Below, one piece after another: positions 53,010 to 62,848 of a stretch of DNA of 64,000 nucleotides. The translations under genes were made by a program, and so were the position numbers. The stretch spans positions 620,001-684,000 of the forward strand of contig CAKKNE010000002.1 of NCBI GenBank assembly GCA_918797485.1, in the 5' to 3' direction. This DNA is from Pelagomonas calceolata (Eukaryota). Each line of letters begins with the position of its first letter. Position 1 is the first letter of the stretch. The notes beneath the pieces are model-generated. The model saw only the letters and a list, made by a program, of their open reading frames with translations. It ran no database searches and had not been told where the DNA came from.

Positions 53010-53192
53010 ATGCTCCAGAGCATCCAGGCGGCCCTCCTCGCGATCCTCGACGCGCCGATGCGCATCATGCGCAAACGCATCCGCCGCCGCGCCCCGCCGC
53101 CGCCGCCGCCCGCCACGCACCACCGCCGCGTCCGCAGCGAGCCCATCTCGCCGGAGTTTCTCCACGCGCTCGAGGACCCCAAGGACCGATGA
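53010..53192 (+). CDS. Small 60-aa ORF overlapping the next start codon (ATGA)
   Basis: Almost all codons end in G/C like neighbouring genes; contains HRRVRSEP; in-frame upstream ATG at 52950. Confidence 0.5.
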   Translation: MLQSIQAALLAILDAPMRIMRKRIRRRAPPPPPPATHHRRVRSEPISPEFLHALEDPKDR

Positions 53193-55177
53193 GGTTCCTG
53201 CTCTTCGCGCTCCACGCGGCCCGCGGCCCCGCGCCGCGCCGCACCGTACTGCAAGCGACAACGAGCCACTACGAGCTCAACCAGGAGCTGTCCCGGGCGC
53301 GCGCGCCCGACGAGCTGCTTCAGGTGGTGGAGGCCCGCGCGCCGGACTTCAACGCCGTCAACGCGGCCACGGCCCTGCAGCGCCTCGCGACGGCCAAGCT
53401 ACGACGGGGCGAGCGCGCGCGCGGCGCCGCCGCGGCCGCGGCGAGCGCCGTCGCCGCGCTCGCCAAAAACGACGAGACTTGGGCCGACCCGCGGCCCGTG
53501 GCGTCGTCGAGCTGGGCCCTCGCGAAGCTCGGCCTGAGCCTGCCGGACCTCTTGGTAAGGCAGATTTCACAGATCGCCCCGCGCATGTCCGGCCGCGAGC
53601 TCAGCACGGCGGCCTGGGCCCTCGCGACGGCGCAAAGGCGCGAGGCGACCTGCGGCGGCGCCTACGAAGCGGCCTCTCTGCGAGACACGCGCCACGCCCT
53701 GGAGCGCTGCGCCGACGCCGGCGCGCGCGTCATGGACGCCCTGAGCGGCCGCGACGCCGCAACCATTATTTTCGCGCTCGGCACGGCGAAAGTCAAGCGG
53801 CCCGCGGCCCTCAAGGCGCTCTGCCGCCGCCTCGCCGACCCGTCGGTCGACTGGAACGGCCAGGACGTGGCCAACAGCTGCTGGGCCTGCGCGTCGCTCG
53901 ACGCCGACGCGCCGCGCCTCTTCTCGGCCGCGGCGGCGTTCGTCGCCCGGAACGCGTCCCAGCTCGAGCCGCGCGGCGTCGCCACGCTCGCCTGGAGCTT
54001 CGCGAAGGAGCGGCAAGGCCGCTCGGCCGCGGCGGCGCGGGCCTCCGACGACGCCGTCGCCCTGAAAGCGCTCGCGGTGCGCGCGGCCGAGGTCGCGCGC
54101 TTCTTCGACGCGCGGTCCCTGGCGCTGGCGAGCTGGGCCTTCGCCGTCGCCGCGCGCAACGACCTCATCGAGCCCTCGGATGCCTGCTTCCAGAGTCTGG
54201 AGCGCGACGCCGTCGCGCGGCTCGCGCCGGGGCTCGACGCGCGCGACCTCGCGGGCGTCGCCTGGGCCCTCGCGTCGGCGGGCCGCGCGGACCGCGCGTC
54301 CTACGAGGCCCTCGCGTCGCGCGCGCGCGCGCTGCCGCGCAAAGCGTGGACGGGTCGCGCGCTCGCGAACTGCCTCTGGGCCTTTGCGGTGCAGACGTCG
54401 GGCTGCGCCGCGCTGCCGCTGGCACAGGACCTGGAGAAGGCCGTCGTCGAGCTCGCGCCCTCGCTGAGTGTGCGGGACGCGGCGGCGATCTGCTGGTCGC
54501 TCTCCGGCATCGCGGCCGGCCGCGGCGTGGCGTTCGACGCGGCCTTCGGCGCCGTCGCGGACGCTGCTCAGAACTTCGCGAGCGGCGAGGGCCGGGCCCT
54601 GGCGAACCTCGCGAGCGCCGTCGTCGACATGTACGGGGACGACAGCGGCGGTCTCGCGGATAATTGTCTCGACGTGCGGCGTATTCTAGATGCCGTCGCC
54701 GCGCTGGCGGTGCCGCTCGCCGAGAGTTCTACACTCGAGCCGCGCGCCCTGGCCGCACTCGCCGCGGCCTTCGCCGCGTGCCGCGCGGCGGCGCCGGCGC
54801 CGCGGCTCATGGCCGCGCTCGCCGCCGCGGCGCGCGACGCCGCGGCCGACTTCCAGGCCAAGGACCTCGTGGCCGCGGCCGACGCCTTTGCACGCTGCGG
54901 CGCGGCGACGCCCGTCGTCGCCGCGGCCGTGCGCGCGCTCGGCGCCGACGCGGCGGGCCGCGCCCAGGCGTTCCCGCCGCGGCTCCGCGCGGACCTGTGC
55001 CGCGCGCTCGCCGCCGTCGGCGCGACGGACTCGCCGTTCTTCGACTCGAGCGCCGCGCCGCGCGACCGGCTCCTGCCGCCGCCCGAGACGTCGTACGCGG
55101 CCAACACGACGCGGGTCCAGATCCTCGAGGTCGTGCCGTACTCGTCGCTGTTTCCCGGTGACGACGAGGTGGAGTGA
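53189..55177 (+). CDS. Organelle-targeted helical-repeat RNA-binding protein (OPR/RAP-FAST-like)
   Basis: Short hydrophobic leader; FNAVNAATALQRLA; ~38-aa repeats such as WNGQDVANSCWACASL, LEPRGVATLAWSFAK, WTGRALANCLWAFA. Confidence 0.8.
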   Translation: MRFLLFALHAARGPAPRRTVLQATTSHYELNQELSRARAPDELLQVVEARAPDFNAVNAATALQRLATAKLRRGERARGAAAAAASAVAALAKNDETWADPRPVASSSWALAKLGLSLPDLLVRQISQIAPRMSGRELSTAAWALATAQRREATCGGAYEAASLRDTRHALERCADAGARVMDALSGRDAATIIFALGTAKVKRPAALKALCRRLADPSVDWNGQDVANSCWACASLDADAPRLFSAAAAFVARNASQLEPRGVATLAWSFAKERQGRSAAAARASDDAVALKALAVRAAEVARFFDARSLALASWAFAVAARNDLIEPSDACFQSLERDAVARLAPGLDARDLAGVAWALASAGRADRASYEALASRARALPRKAWTGRALANCLWAFAVQTSGCAALPLAQDLEKAVVELAPSLSVRDAAAICWSLSGIAAGRGVAFDAAFGAVADAAQNFASGEGRALANLASAVVDMYGDDSGGLADNCLDVRRILDAVAALAVPLAESSTLEPRALAALAAAFAACRAAAPAPRLMAALAAAARDAAADFQAKDLVAAADAFARCGAATPVVAAAVRALGADAAGRAQAFPPRLRADLCRALAAVGATDSPFFDSSAAPRDRLLPPPETSYAANTTRVQILEVVPYSSLFPGDDEVE

Positions 55178-55203
55178 GCTGTTTGTTAACACATTTATCA
55201 CAA

Positions 55204-56148
55204 CTAGTAAACGACAACGAGTCGCACCTCGATACTCTCGCGCGCCGGCGCGTCGGGTGGGCTCGCTGGGTCCGCGAAGGCGCTGTGGAGCGCAAACTTG
55301 GCGGCGTCTGTTTTCGAGTCCCACTGCTGGATCAACAATGCCTCTTCTCTTTTCATTCGAGGAAAATAGTACCACGCGTGGCGCTCATGATGCCTCGCAA
55401 AGTAGTTCTCCCCAACTCTATCCTCATAGTAGATCTGGAACGTCAAGAGGTCGCGGTCGTCTCGGACCGTCGCCGCGTCGCAACACGCCAGAGGCGTAGA
55501 TTTGACTTCGCTTATCGGCCGCCAGACGTTCACGAACGCGAAGCGCCGGCCGGTCGCGTCGACACCGTCGAGTGGCGGCTTGTTGAGAGCGTCGTTCGTC
55601 TTCGGCGCTTCGGAGAGTTGCGCGAGGCGGCGCGGCGCCGACGCGGCGGTATAATCGCCATGCACGATTCCGGCGGGCGCCTGGACGTTGCTGCCGCCCT
55701 TGAGCTTGCGGCCCGAGGCCTTGCCCTCCTCGCAGCGCACGTTGTGGTCGAACGCGCGCACGGTCGCGCCCGGGCACTGCTCAGCCACCAAGGCTTCGCA
55801 CATGCCGTAATACCGTCCGGTGACCGCAGCGTCGTCGTAGAGGTCAAGATCCGCATCGATCGGGGCCTCGACGAGTCGAAAGCCGTTTTTTTCCAGCGAC
55901 CACGGTCGCCCTCGACCGTCAAGTATGCGTACCGTCGTCGGCGACCACGCCGCACCCTCCAATTCTCCGTCGGAGCCGGCGCCGTCTCTACGGGTCGAGA
56001 CTGCCGTCACGTCTGGGGCGCAGTAGTTGAACGAGGCGTAGCCGACCTCGTTCACGCTTGCCATGCTCGGCCAGGTCGATGCGCGGCCATGCGATGAGCT
56101 CAGCGCGTGTGCAGCGCACAATAGCAACACCGGAGCGCTCCTTTGCAT
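55204..56148 (-). CDS. CmcJ/NvfI (AsaB-like) family oxidoreductase with signal peptide
   Basis: SLEKNGFRL, FDHNVR, VHGDYT, FVNVWRPI, PLACCD, WYYFP, HSAF.DP, RESIEVR. Confidence 0.85.
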   Translation of the reverse strand: MQRSAPVLLLCAAHALSSSHGRASTWPSMASVNEVGYASFNYCAPDVTAVSTRRDGAGSDGELEGAAWSPTTVRILDGRGRPWSLEKNGFRLVEAPIDADLDLYDDAAVTGRYYGMCEALVAEQCPGATVRAFDHNVRCEEGKASGRKLKGGSNVQAPAGIVHGDYTAASAPRRLAQLSEAPKTNDALNKPPLDGVDATGRRFAFVNVWRPISEVKSTPLACCDAATVRDDRDLLTFQIYYEDRVGENYFARHHERHAWYYFPRMKREEALLIQQWDSKTDAAKFALHSAFADPASPPDAPARESIEVRLVVVY

Positions 56149-56258
56149 TTTGAACGCCAGCAGTTGCAGTTATTGGTGCATGTGGCTGTCAAGAAGGGTT
56201 TTGTGGCTGCCTCGGCAGGCGTAAAGTCGTGCTTTGCGTTTTTTGGCACCCAGTTTGG

Positions 56259-56280
56259 CTAGTGTCTTACAGGCCGCTAG
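56259..56280 (+). promoter_or_regulatory. CTAG-box upstream motif, copy 12
   Basis: ctagtgtcttacaggccgctag between divergent starts 56148 and 56620. Confidence 0.7.
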
Positions 56281-56619
56281 CGCTCCAGGCATCAACCCGT
56301 TTTGTTTCCGAACCAAGGGATAGAGGGCGATAATGATGTGCTCTGTCTGCGTCCCGCGCCACGCCTCGGTCGGGTTTGGAGCAAAGCTGTCATCGCAAGT
56401 TGGCTGTGCGAGTTCAAAACGAGGGATCGGCCGCTTGCAAGGAGGTGGCCTGCATCATCATCGCCGCGCGATCGAGGTTGCACGACCGAAGCGATACGTG
56501 CCAAAACTGGGGCTGCCCTCACGCCAGCCGCCGCGACGCCCACCACTACTGAGGCTGGCCATTCGTCGCGCCGACGCCGCCGCGCCCCAGCACATTATCA
56601 CCTTATACTTCATTGCAAT

Positions 56620-57063
56620 ATGCCGCGCCCCGAGGGCGTCCTCAGCATGAAGGCGCGGTCCTTGTTCGCGCGGAAGCATCGCCGCTTCGTCGCGATCAGC
56701 CAGGGCGGCCTCTCGACGTTCAAGCTGCAGAAGCCCGAGGACATCGCCGTGCTCGAGACGCGCAAGGATTTACCTTTTGACTACGTCGAGGGCGTGCGCC
56801 TCGACGGGTCCCGCTTCGTCGTGAAGCGGCGGAAGCCCTGGCGCTCGGACGTGGTCTTCTACTGCGCGACGGCGCCCGCCGCGCGCGCGTGGGCCGAGGC
56901 GCTCCGGTCGCGCCTCGACGCGTTCCGCAACAAAGCGCGCGTGCAGTTCCCGCCCCTGAACGAGTCGCTCGGGCCGAACCTTAGTCCGCGGCCGGAGCTG
57001 CCGCCCTACCCGCCGCCGTCGCCGGCGCGGCTGAAAGCGGGGCAGGTGGACGTGGCCGGGTAG
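56620..57063 (+). CDS. Small PH-domain protein
   Basis: EGVLSMK...HRRFVAI...FYCATAPAARAWAEALR (C-terminal PH helix with conserved Trp). Confidence 0.7.
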   Translation: MPRPEGVLSMKARSLFARKHRRFVAISQGGLSTFKLQKPEDIAVLETRKDLPFDYVEGVRLDGSRFVVKRRKPWRSDVVFYCATAPAARAWAEALRSRLDAFRNKARVQFPPLNESLGPNLSPRPELPPYPPPSPARLKAGQVDVAG

Positions 57064-57555
57064 TTTTTAAATGTGGTTTGTTGTATCGCGGCGTCGGGTG
57101 TCTGAACGCGCACGGCCGAGCCTATGAAGAAAAACGTCTGCGCTGCTACCCTATACGGTCCTGTCCCGACGGATGGGTCCCGCGGGCGGCATGATTACGC
57201 ATCGTTTTAAAACCCGAACAGAACTCTGACCTGGAGTCAACAATCTCCTTGTCATCCGCCAATCTCGCACAAAAACACCACTCGTGCACGCAGCGTCTTG
57301 TACAAGCCCGCATCGGTCGCAAACTACTCCTGCAACATCATCCATCGCATTTGCGCGCGAAACGCGCGCGTTTTGCGCAGCCCAGTCTGACTGCTGGCAC
57401 ATTGCACGCTGCCTACGCGTCGACTCATTGTCGATCGGTCGCGGTAAGCACTGCAAGGCAATGCGCATCACTCACGCAGCCGACGAGGGACGCCCGCGAC
57501 TCTTGCGCAACGCGAGAACCGCACCACTCACGCCGCCACCCGTCCGCAGGCAACA

Positions 57556-58636
57556 ATGCAGCTCAAAGCCCTTACCTCCGCCGCCCTCCTCGCCGGCGCT
57601 CAGGCCTTCGTGGCGCCCGGCGCCAGCAAGCCGGCGCTCGCCCTCCGCGCCGAGGAGGTCGAGGCCGCGCCCGTCGAGGTCGCCCCGGTCGCCGAGGCCG
57701 CCCCGGAAGCCGAGGTGGTCGCGCCCGTCGCCGAGGTCGCCGCCGTCGCTCCGGAGCCGGTCCTCACGACGCCGTCGGTGCGCTCGACGCGAGCGCCGCC
57801 GCGCGCCTGGGACATCGCGCTCGACATGCCCGCCGGCATCAGCGCGCCGTTTGGCTACTTCGACCCCGCCGGTTTAGGGAAGAAGGTCACGGAGAAGCGC
57901 GCCAAGTACTTCCGCGAGTGCGAGCTCAAGCACGGCCGCGTGGCCATGCTCGCCGCCTTCGGCTTCCCCATCGCGGAGCACTTCCACCCGCTCTTCGGCG
58001 GCAACATCGACGTGCCGTCCTGTGTGGAAATCAACCAGTGCGTCGGGTGCACGACAAGTCTTCACTAAGTCATTTCCCGGCGATGACGCGACCGTCCTGG
58101 CTCGGTCGAGCGGTGAGGAACCGGCATCGCCACGCCATCGAGCAGGCGTCGCGTCGATGGCGTGGAGGACGACGCGATGATTCAGCGCGAACGCGCCGTA
58201 AAATTTTGATTTCCACACAGGTGCCGTCCTACGTCGCCTACCAGCAGACGCCGCTCCAGACCTTCTGGCCCGTCGTGCTCCTCTACGTGGGCATTGTCGA
58301 GATATTCTCGGTGTTCACCTTCGAGAATCCCTTCGGCAAGGGCGGCTTCTGGACGCTCAAGGACGACCGCGTGCGAAGACCGCGTCCGAAACGCCGCGCC
58401 GCGACGAGAAACGACGTGGTGCGACTCGTCGACTGGCTCCACGACCTCGGTCTCACGCGTGTGTCCGTTCGCAGGTGCCCGGCGACTTCGGCTGGGACCC
58501 CATGGACATGTACCCCACGGACCCCGCCGGCCGCGTCGAGATGCAGACGAAGGAACTCAATAATGGCAGAGTAGCGATGATCGCGGTCGCCGGCATGGTC
58601 GCCCAGGAGCTCGTCACGGGCGCCAAGCTCTTCTAG
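57556..58636 (+). CDS. Fucoxanthin-chlorophyll a/c light-harvesting protein (probably LHCX/LI818-like), 255 aa; exons 57556-58011, 58221-58370, 58475-58636
   Basis: AQAF signal/transit junction; GYFDPAG, RECELKHGRVAMLA, PGDFGWDP, KELNNGRVAMIAVAGMVAQE. Confidence 0.95.
58012..58220 (+). mobile_element. Pristine full-length introner intron (209 nt; 201-bp element)
   Basis: Perfect TSD gtgccgtc x2 and perfect 15-bp TIR ctgtgtggaaatcaa / ttgatttccacacag. Confidence 0.97.
58371..58474 (+). other. GT-AG intron (104 nt)
   Basis: cgc|GTGCGA...ttcgcAG|gtgccc restores DDR|VPGDFG; gtgc occurs at both junctions, so a very old introner is possible. Confidence 0.85.
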
Positions 58637-58878
58637 GCCCCCGCACGTGTTCAAACCATTTGTCGCGCGCGGGGTCGCGCGCCTGTCACCGTTTAATATC
58701 TCTCGTATCTCATACTGCGTTAGACCTGGGTACACATCGCGCCGTCGTAGCGTGCCCGCTTACGTACTCGCTCTGTATTTGCGAACTCTGCCTGACGCCG
58801 GCCACGCGACGGCACATACGAGTCTGCGTGCGTGAAGAATGTCCTTAAGCCTGGCGCGCGTCCTAAGAAGGAGAAAGC

Positions 58879-59163
58879 CTAGGGTGACGGCGGGCACGAG
58901 ATGTCGATTTCGCCCAGAATCTTGTCCGTCACTTCCTCTGCGTCGTCGAAGTCATCGACCGTGAAGCCCAGGCCGGTCGAATTGAGCGTATAGAGGAAGT
59001 TGACGTCGAGGTCCCCTGTATCGACTGCTACGGTAATCACTTCAATGCCATCGGCCTTGGCGTCGTTCGCCGCGGTCACAGCGGCAGTTCTGCATGGCGA
59101 TCCCGCGGGTCCGCCATCATTATCGCACCCAGGAGATGGACCACCGGCGATTGGACCACTGCT
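58879..59163 (-). pseudogene. Orphan fragment resembling the C-terminal part of a von Willebrand factor A domain
   Basis: AVTAANDAKADGIEVITVAV...FLYTLNS...FTVDDFD; no ATG-initiated N-terminal part nearby. Confidence 0.45.
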
Positions 59164-59438
59164 CTAACGCCTTCCTTGCCGTAAATGTTGTTGGTGGCTA
59201 AATTGACGGTTCGAAAGTCTATAGTGGACCACCGCGTCGGCGCCTGTATCGACCTCCCTTTGTACGGAGGACCTCAGTTGACGCGCCTCTACACCGAAAC
59301 TACGGTATTTAAGGTTACCGAAGTTGTGGATGCGGCCACGCTAGCGACAAAGGTTAAGTGCGGGTTGAGCCGCGACGGATCGCGTGGGACAAAACGCGCG
59401 GACGTCGTCCGTCGGACGGGGTAAAGATATACGCCTAC

Positions 59439-61425
59439 TTAGACCATGAGCTTGTTCAGCAGGTCGAGCGCCTCGCGCGCCTGCGCGTCGAGCTGGTCCC
59501 GGTTCTTGTTCGCCTCGCGGATCTTCTCGTCGACGTCGCCCCCACCCAAACTCTCGGCGAACATCTTCTTGATCTCCCGCTTGTCGTCGTCCGTGAGCTG
59601 GCCCGAGTCGACCAACTCGCGCAGCGCCGCCATCTGCTCCTGGGGATTCGTCGGCATGCCCCCCATGGCCCCAGGCATGCCCGGCATGCCCTCCTGGCCC
59701 GCGAGCGCGGCGAGCAGCCCCTCCTGGTCCCCGTCTCCCGCTTTCTCCATCATCTGCTGCACGAGCTTCGTCACGACCTGTGTGCAAATCAAAATTTTAC
59801 GACGCGTTCGTGTTGCAGTCTCCACGCCATCGACGCGATGCCTGCTCGATGGCGTGGCGATGCTGATTCCTCACCGCCGAGAAATGACTTAGTGAAGAAT
59901 TATCGGGTGCACCCGGCGCACTGGTTGATTTCCACACAGGTCACGACCTGCTGCGCTAATCTATCGGCCTGCTTGTCCGAGATCTGGAAGAGGGCCTGGA
60001 GCGTGTCGACCGCAGCCAAGTCGACGGCCTCGCCCTCCTCCGTCACGCCGCCCTCTTCCTCTAAACCGGCGGCGACGCCCGCCGCGGCGTAGCGCGCGAA
60101 TAATGATTGCAGTTGCGACCGCGAGGCCCTCCCTTCGTAGACGACGGGCGTCCCCGCGAAGGGCACCAAGCCGAGCTCCTCGAACGCCAGACCCGCGACG
60201 GCCGCGACCCGTACCACGTTTGATAATGGAGGCAGACTTTCCGCGTCGCCCTGCTTGAGGGACGGCACGGCCGCGTCGACCAACGGGATGAGACCGGCGT
60301 TCACGACGTCCGCGAAGGCGTTCGCCGCCGCGTCCAGCCCCAAGCCCGCGGCTTGGAGCTTGTCGAGCTCCTTCTTGAGGAGTGCCACGTCCTCTTCGGC
60401 GACGGCGCGCTTCTTCGGCGGGTCGGCCTTGACGTGGTATTTGGCCGCGTTCGTGGCCCTTACTCCAAAATCATAATGCGAGATCACATCGCCGGTGCGC
60501 TGCGCCCAGGTCTTGGCGTCGACCTCTCCCGTTTTAACGGGGGCCCGCGCTTCTGTATCGATGCGGCCCGCGCGCGCGTCGACCCACGGCGCGGCCAGCG
60601 ACTGCGCGAACTTGGGGCCGCACAACGCCGCCTCGGGCACGGACGCGATCAACAAGCCGGCGACGGCCACGGAGAAGGCGCGCGTCGCCCTGGCTGGAGC
60701 TTCCAAGTCCTCATCGGGCGGCACCGTCAGCATCTCCTCGAGCTCCACCTGCGCGGAGCATCGAACGGCCTCAAAATCAGAAAAGAAACCAGTCACGACA
60801 TCCTCTCCTGGAGACGATGCGCGTCGATGGCGTGAACGGGACGCCGAGATCGCACGGGCCGCGTCGCCTTCTTGCGGAAAATGTCGAGGACGCGCTTCTT
60901 CTTTTTCGGAGGGGGTTCGACCGTGCCCGGCTTCGGGGGCGGCGGCGCCGGCTTTGCTGGCACCGGCGCGGGCACCGGAGTTGATGGCACGTCGATGACC
61001 GTCGAATCCGCTTTTGATGGAGGCGCCTCCTGCGCGCCCATGGCCGCGAAGCTGTTGAAGCTCGACCGCCGCCTCTCGGCGCGCGCGGCGAGGACCGCTC
61101 GTACCCTGCCCAGCACGAACGACAGCAAAAAAGCGGAAAACGCGAAGCGCAGCACCACCACAAACTTCGACGGGCCCACCGCCGCCGTCAGCGCCGTCTC
61201 GGCGAGCTCGGCGGCCGTCTCGCCGGCGAGCGCTTCCGCCGCCGCCGCGCCGGCCGCGGCCTCGACGCCCGACGCGAGCGCTTTACGCGCGCCGCCGGCG
61301 AGCGCCGCGGTGGTTAGGGTCGCGGCCTTGGCCAGGCGCTTCGGTTTTAGTGCGGGTGGCCGCGCGAGGCGCAGCGCGTGGGCTTGCGCGAGCCATGCGA
61401 GGAGCACTGCTCGCCTCGCCGCCAT
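59439..61425 (-). CDS. Putative plastid-targeted membrane protein (569 aa); exons 61425-60856, 60748-59948, 59777-59439
   Basis: Signal-like leader (AVLLAWLAQAHAL) plus basic transit region, TM FVVVLRFAFSAFLLSFVL; three ORFs join in frame (1710 nt). Confidence 0.8.
59778..59947 (-). mobile_element. Introner intron (170 nt; 162-bp element)
   Basis: Perfect TSD gtcgtgac x2; TIRs ctgtgtggaaatcaa / ttgatttgcacacag. Confidence 0.96.
60749..60855 (-). other. GT-AG intron (107 nt), probably decayed introner
   Basis: ccc|GTGCGA...ccgcgcAG|gtggag; contains the cacgccatcgacgcg core and ctgatttt; restores KATRP|VELEEM. Confidence 0.8.
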
Positions 61426-61581
61426 GGCTGCTCTCCTTCTCCAAATCGCCGTCGGAGGGTCGTTGGTCCTGGACACCGAGAGTGATGCGCGCAGCACGTT
61501 CCTCTAAACTAATATAACGCCACGACGGCGTGCGTAGTGCAGATTGGTCCGCTCCGCGGCCAAGCAACCTCAAATTACGAG

Positions 61582-61604
61582 CTAGCGGCCTGTAAAGACA
61601 CTAG
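61582..61604 (-). promoter_or_regulatory. CTAG-box upstream motif, copy 13
   Basis: Reverse complement ctagtgtctttacaggccgctag between divergent starts 61425 and 61784. Confidence 0.7.
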
Positions 61605-61783
61605 CATTTTACACTGCTCGGTCTTTGCGAAGCTCTAGCTCTACAATAAGCAGCATACAAGGCTTGCGCGGCTGGTGGCATCAAGCCTGTTCACCGCTGC
61701 GCGGGTGAGAAAAAAAGCGGTAGGTTTTACGCCGTAGCGACAGAGATTTGCACAAGACCCAATAAGGCTGCTGTGAGAAGACA

Positions 61784-62731
61784 ATGGACCATCCTCCCAC
61801 AACAACAGCAGACCTAATGCGATACGCGGTCGCCGCGCCGGCCACCGCGGTCGCGGTTCCACCGCCGCCGCCGGTCGCGGTCCCACCGCCGCCGATCGCC
61901 GCGCCGGCCACAGCGGTCGCGGTCCCACCGCCGCCGGCCGAGCTCGACCCCGCCGCCCTCGCGCGGCGCGTCCAGGAACTCGAGGCCGCGCTGGCGTCGA
62001 GCGAGGCGGAGCGCGAGCGCCTGGCCCAGCGCGTCGCGGCACTGGAAGCCGAAAAAAAGCATCCGAAGCCGCGGGGCCGCATGCCACTCGGCGCGACGGG
62101 CTGGGACCACGCGACGGGCACCTGGCAGTACCCCCCCGGCGTGCTGCCCCAGTCGCCCCGGAAGAGAGCAAGGAGGGCGTCGGTCAAGGCCCGGAGGAAG
62201 TGGGAGGGCGAGTCGTCGGACGAGGACCCGCCGCCGGCCGTCGCGGCCGGCGCGGTTTTTATAGATGACGGCCAGTGCTGGCTCGTGTACAAGCGGGAGG
62301 ACGACGTCGTGTATTATTATCCAGCCAAGCACCCCAAGCCGACGGAGGAGACCTACCTCGCGGCCTGCGAGCACTCGGGCGCCGACGAGGTCGCGGCCTG
62401 GATCGCGGCGACGCACGAGCGGGCCGACGCGTGCGCGCGCGCGCATCGCCGCAAGCGCGACGACGAGCGTAGGCGCCGCGAGAACGCGGCGCTGGCCGCG
62501 CTCCCGCCGCCGAAGCTCCCGCCGCCGCCGAAGCGCGTCCCGCCGCTCCCCGCGGAGCAGCTCCTCGGCCGCGCCGTCCGCGTTGTAATTGCGGACGCGC
62601 CGTCCGACGCGCGCGGCACCGTCGACGCAATCGCCCACGGCGTCTGCCGCATCGCGTGGAAGGACGGTACGCGCTCCGAGGTGCTCTTGGCCGACGCGAC
62701 GGCGATGCTCGTGCCCGTCGTCGCCGTGTGA
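61784..62731 (+). CDS. Hypothetical protein (Pro-rich repeats, coiled coil)
   Basis: 315-aa ORF with GC3-rich codons; AAPATAVAVPPPP twice; coiled coil LARRVQELEAALA; no family recognised. Confidence 0.7.
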   Translation: MDHPPTTTADLMRYAVAAPATAVAVPPPPPVAVPPPPIAAPATAVAVPPPPAELDPAALARRVQELEAALASSEAERERLAQRVAALEAEKKHPKPRGRMPLGATGWDHATGTWQYPPGVLPQSPRKRARRASVKARRKWEGESSDEDPPPAVAAGAVFIDDGQCWLVYKREDDVVYYYPAKHPKPTEETYLAACEHSGADEVAAWIAATHERADACARAHRRKRDDERRRRENAALAALPPPKLPPPPKRVPPLPAEQLLGRAVRVVIADAPSDARGTVDAIAHGVCRIAWKDGTRSEVLLADATAMLVPVVAV

Positions 62732-62848
62732 GGAAGCTCTTGTGCTCCGTCCGCAAATTCAAGTCTCGCCCCCTGTGTAATCCATCCGTGTTCTCTCTCG
62801 AACTTCGCGTCGACGGCGTGTTGAGGGATAAGGTTACTTAAACGGACC

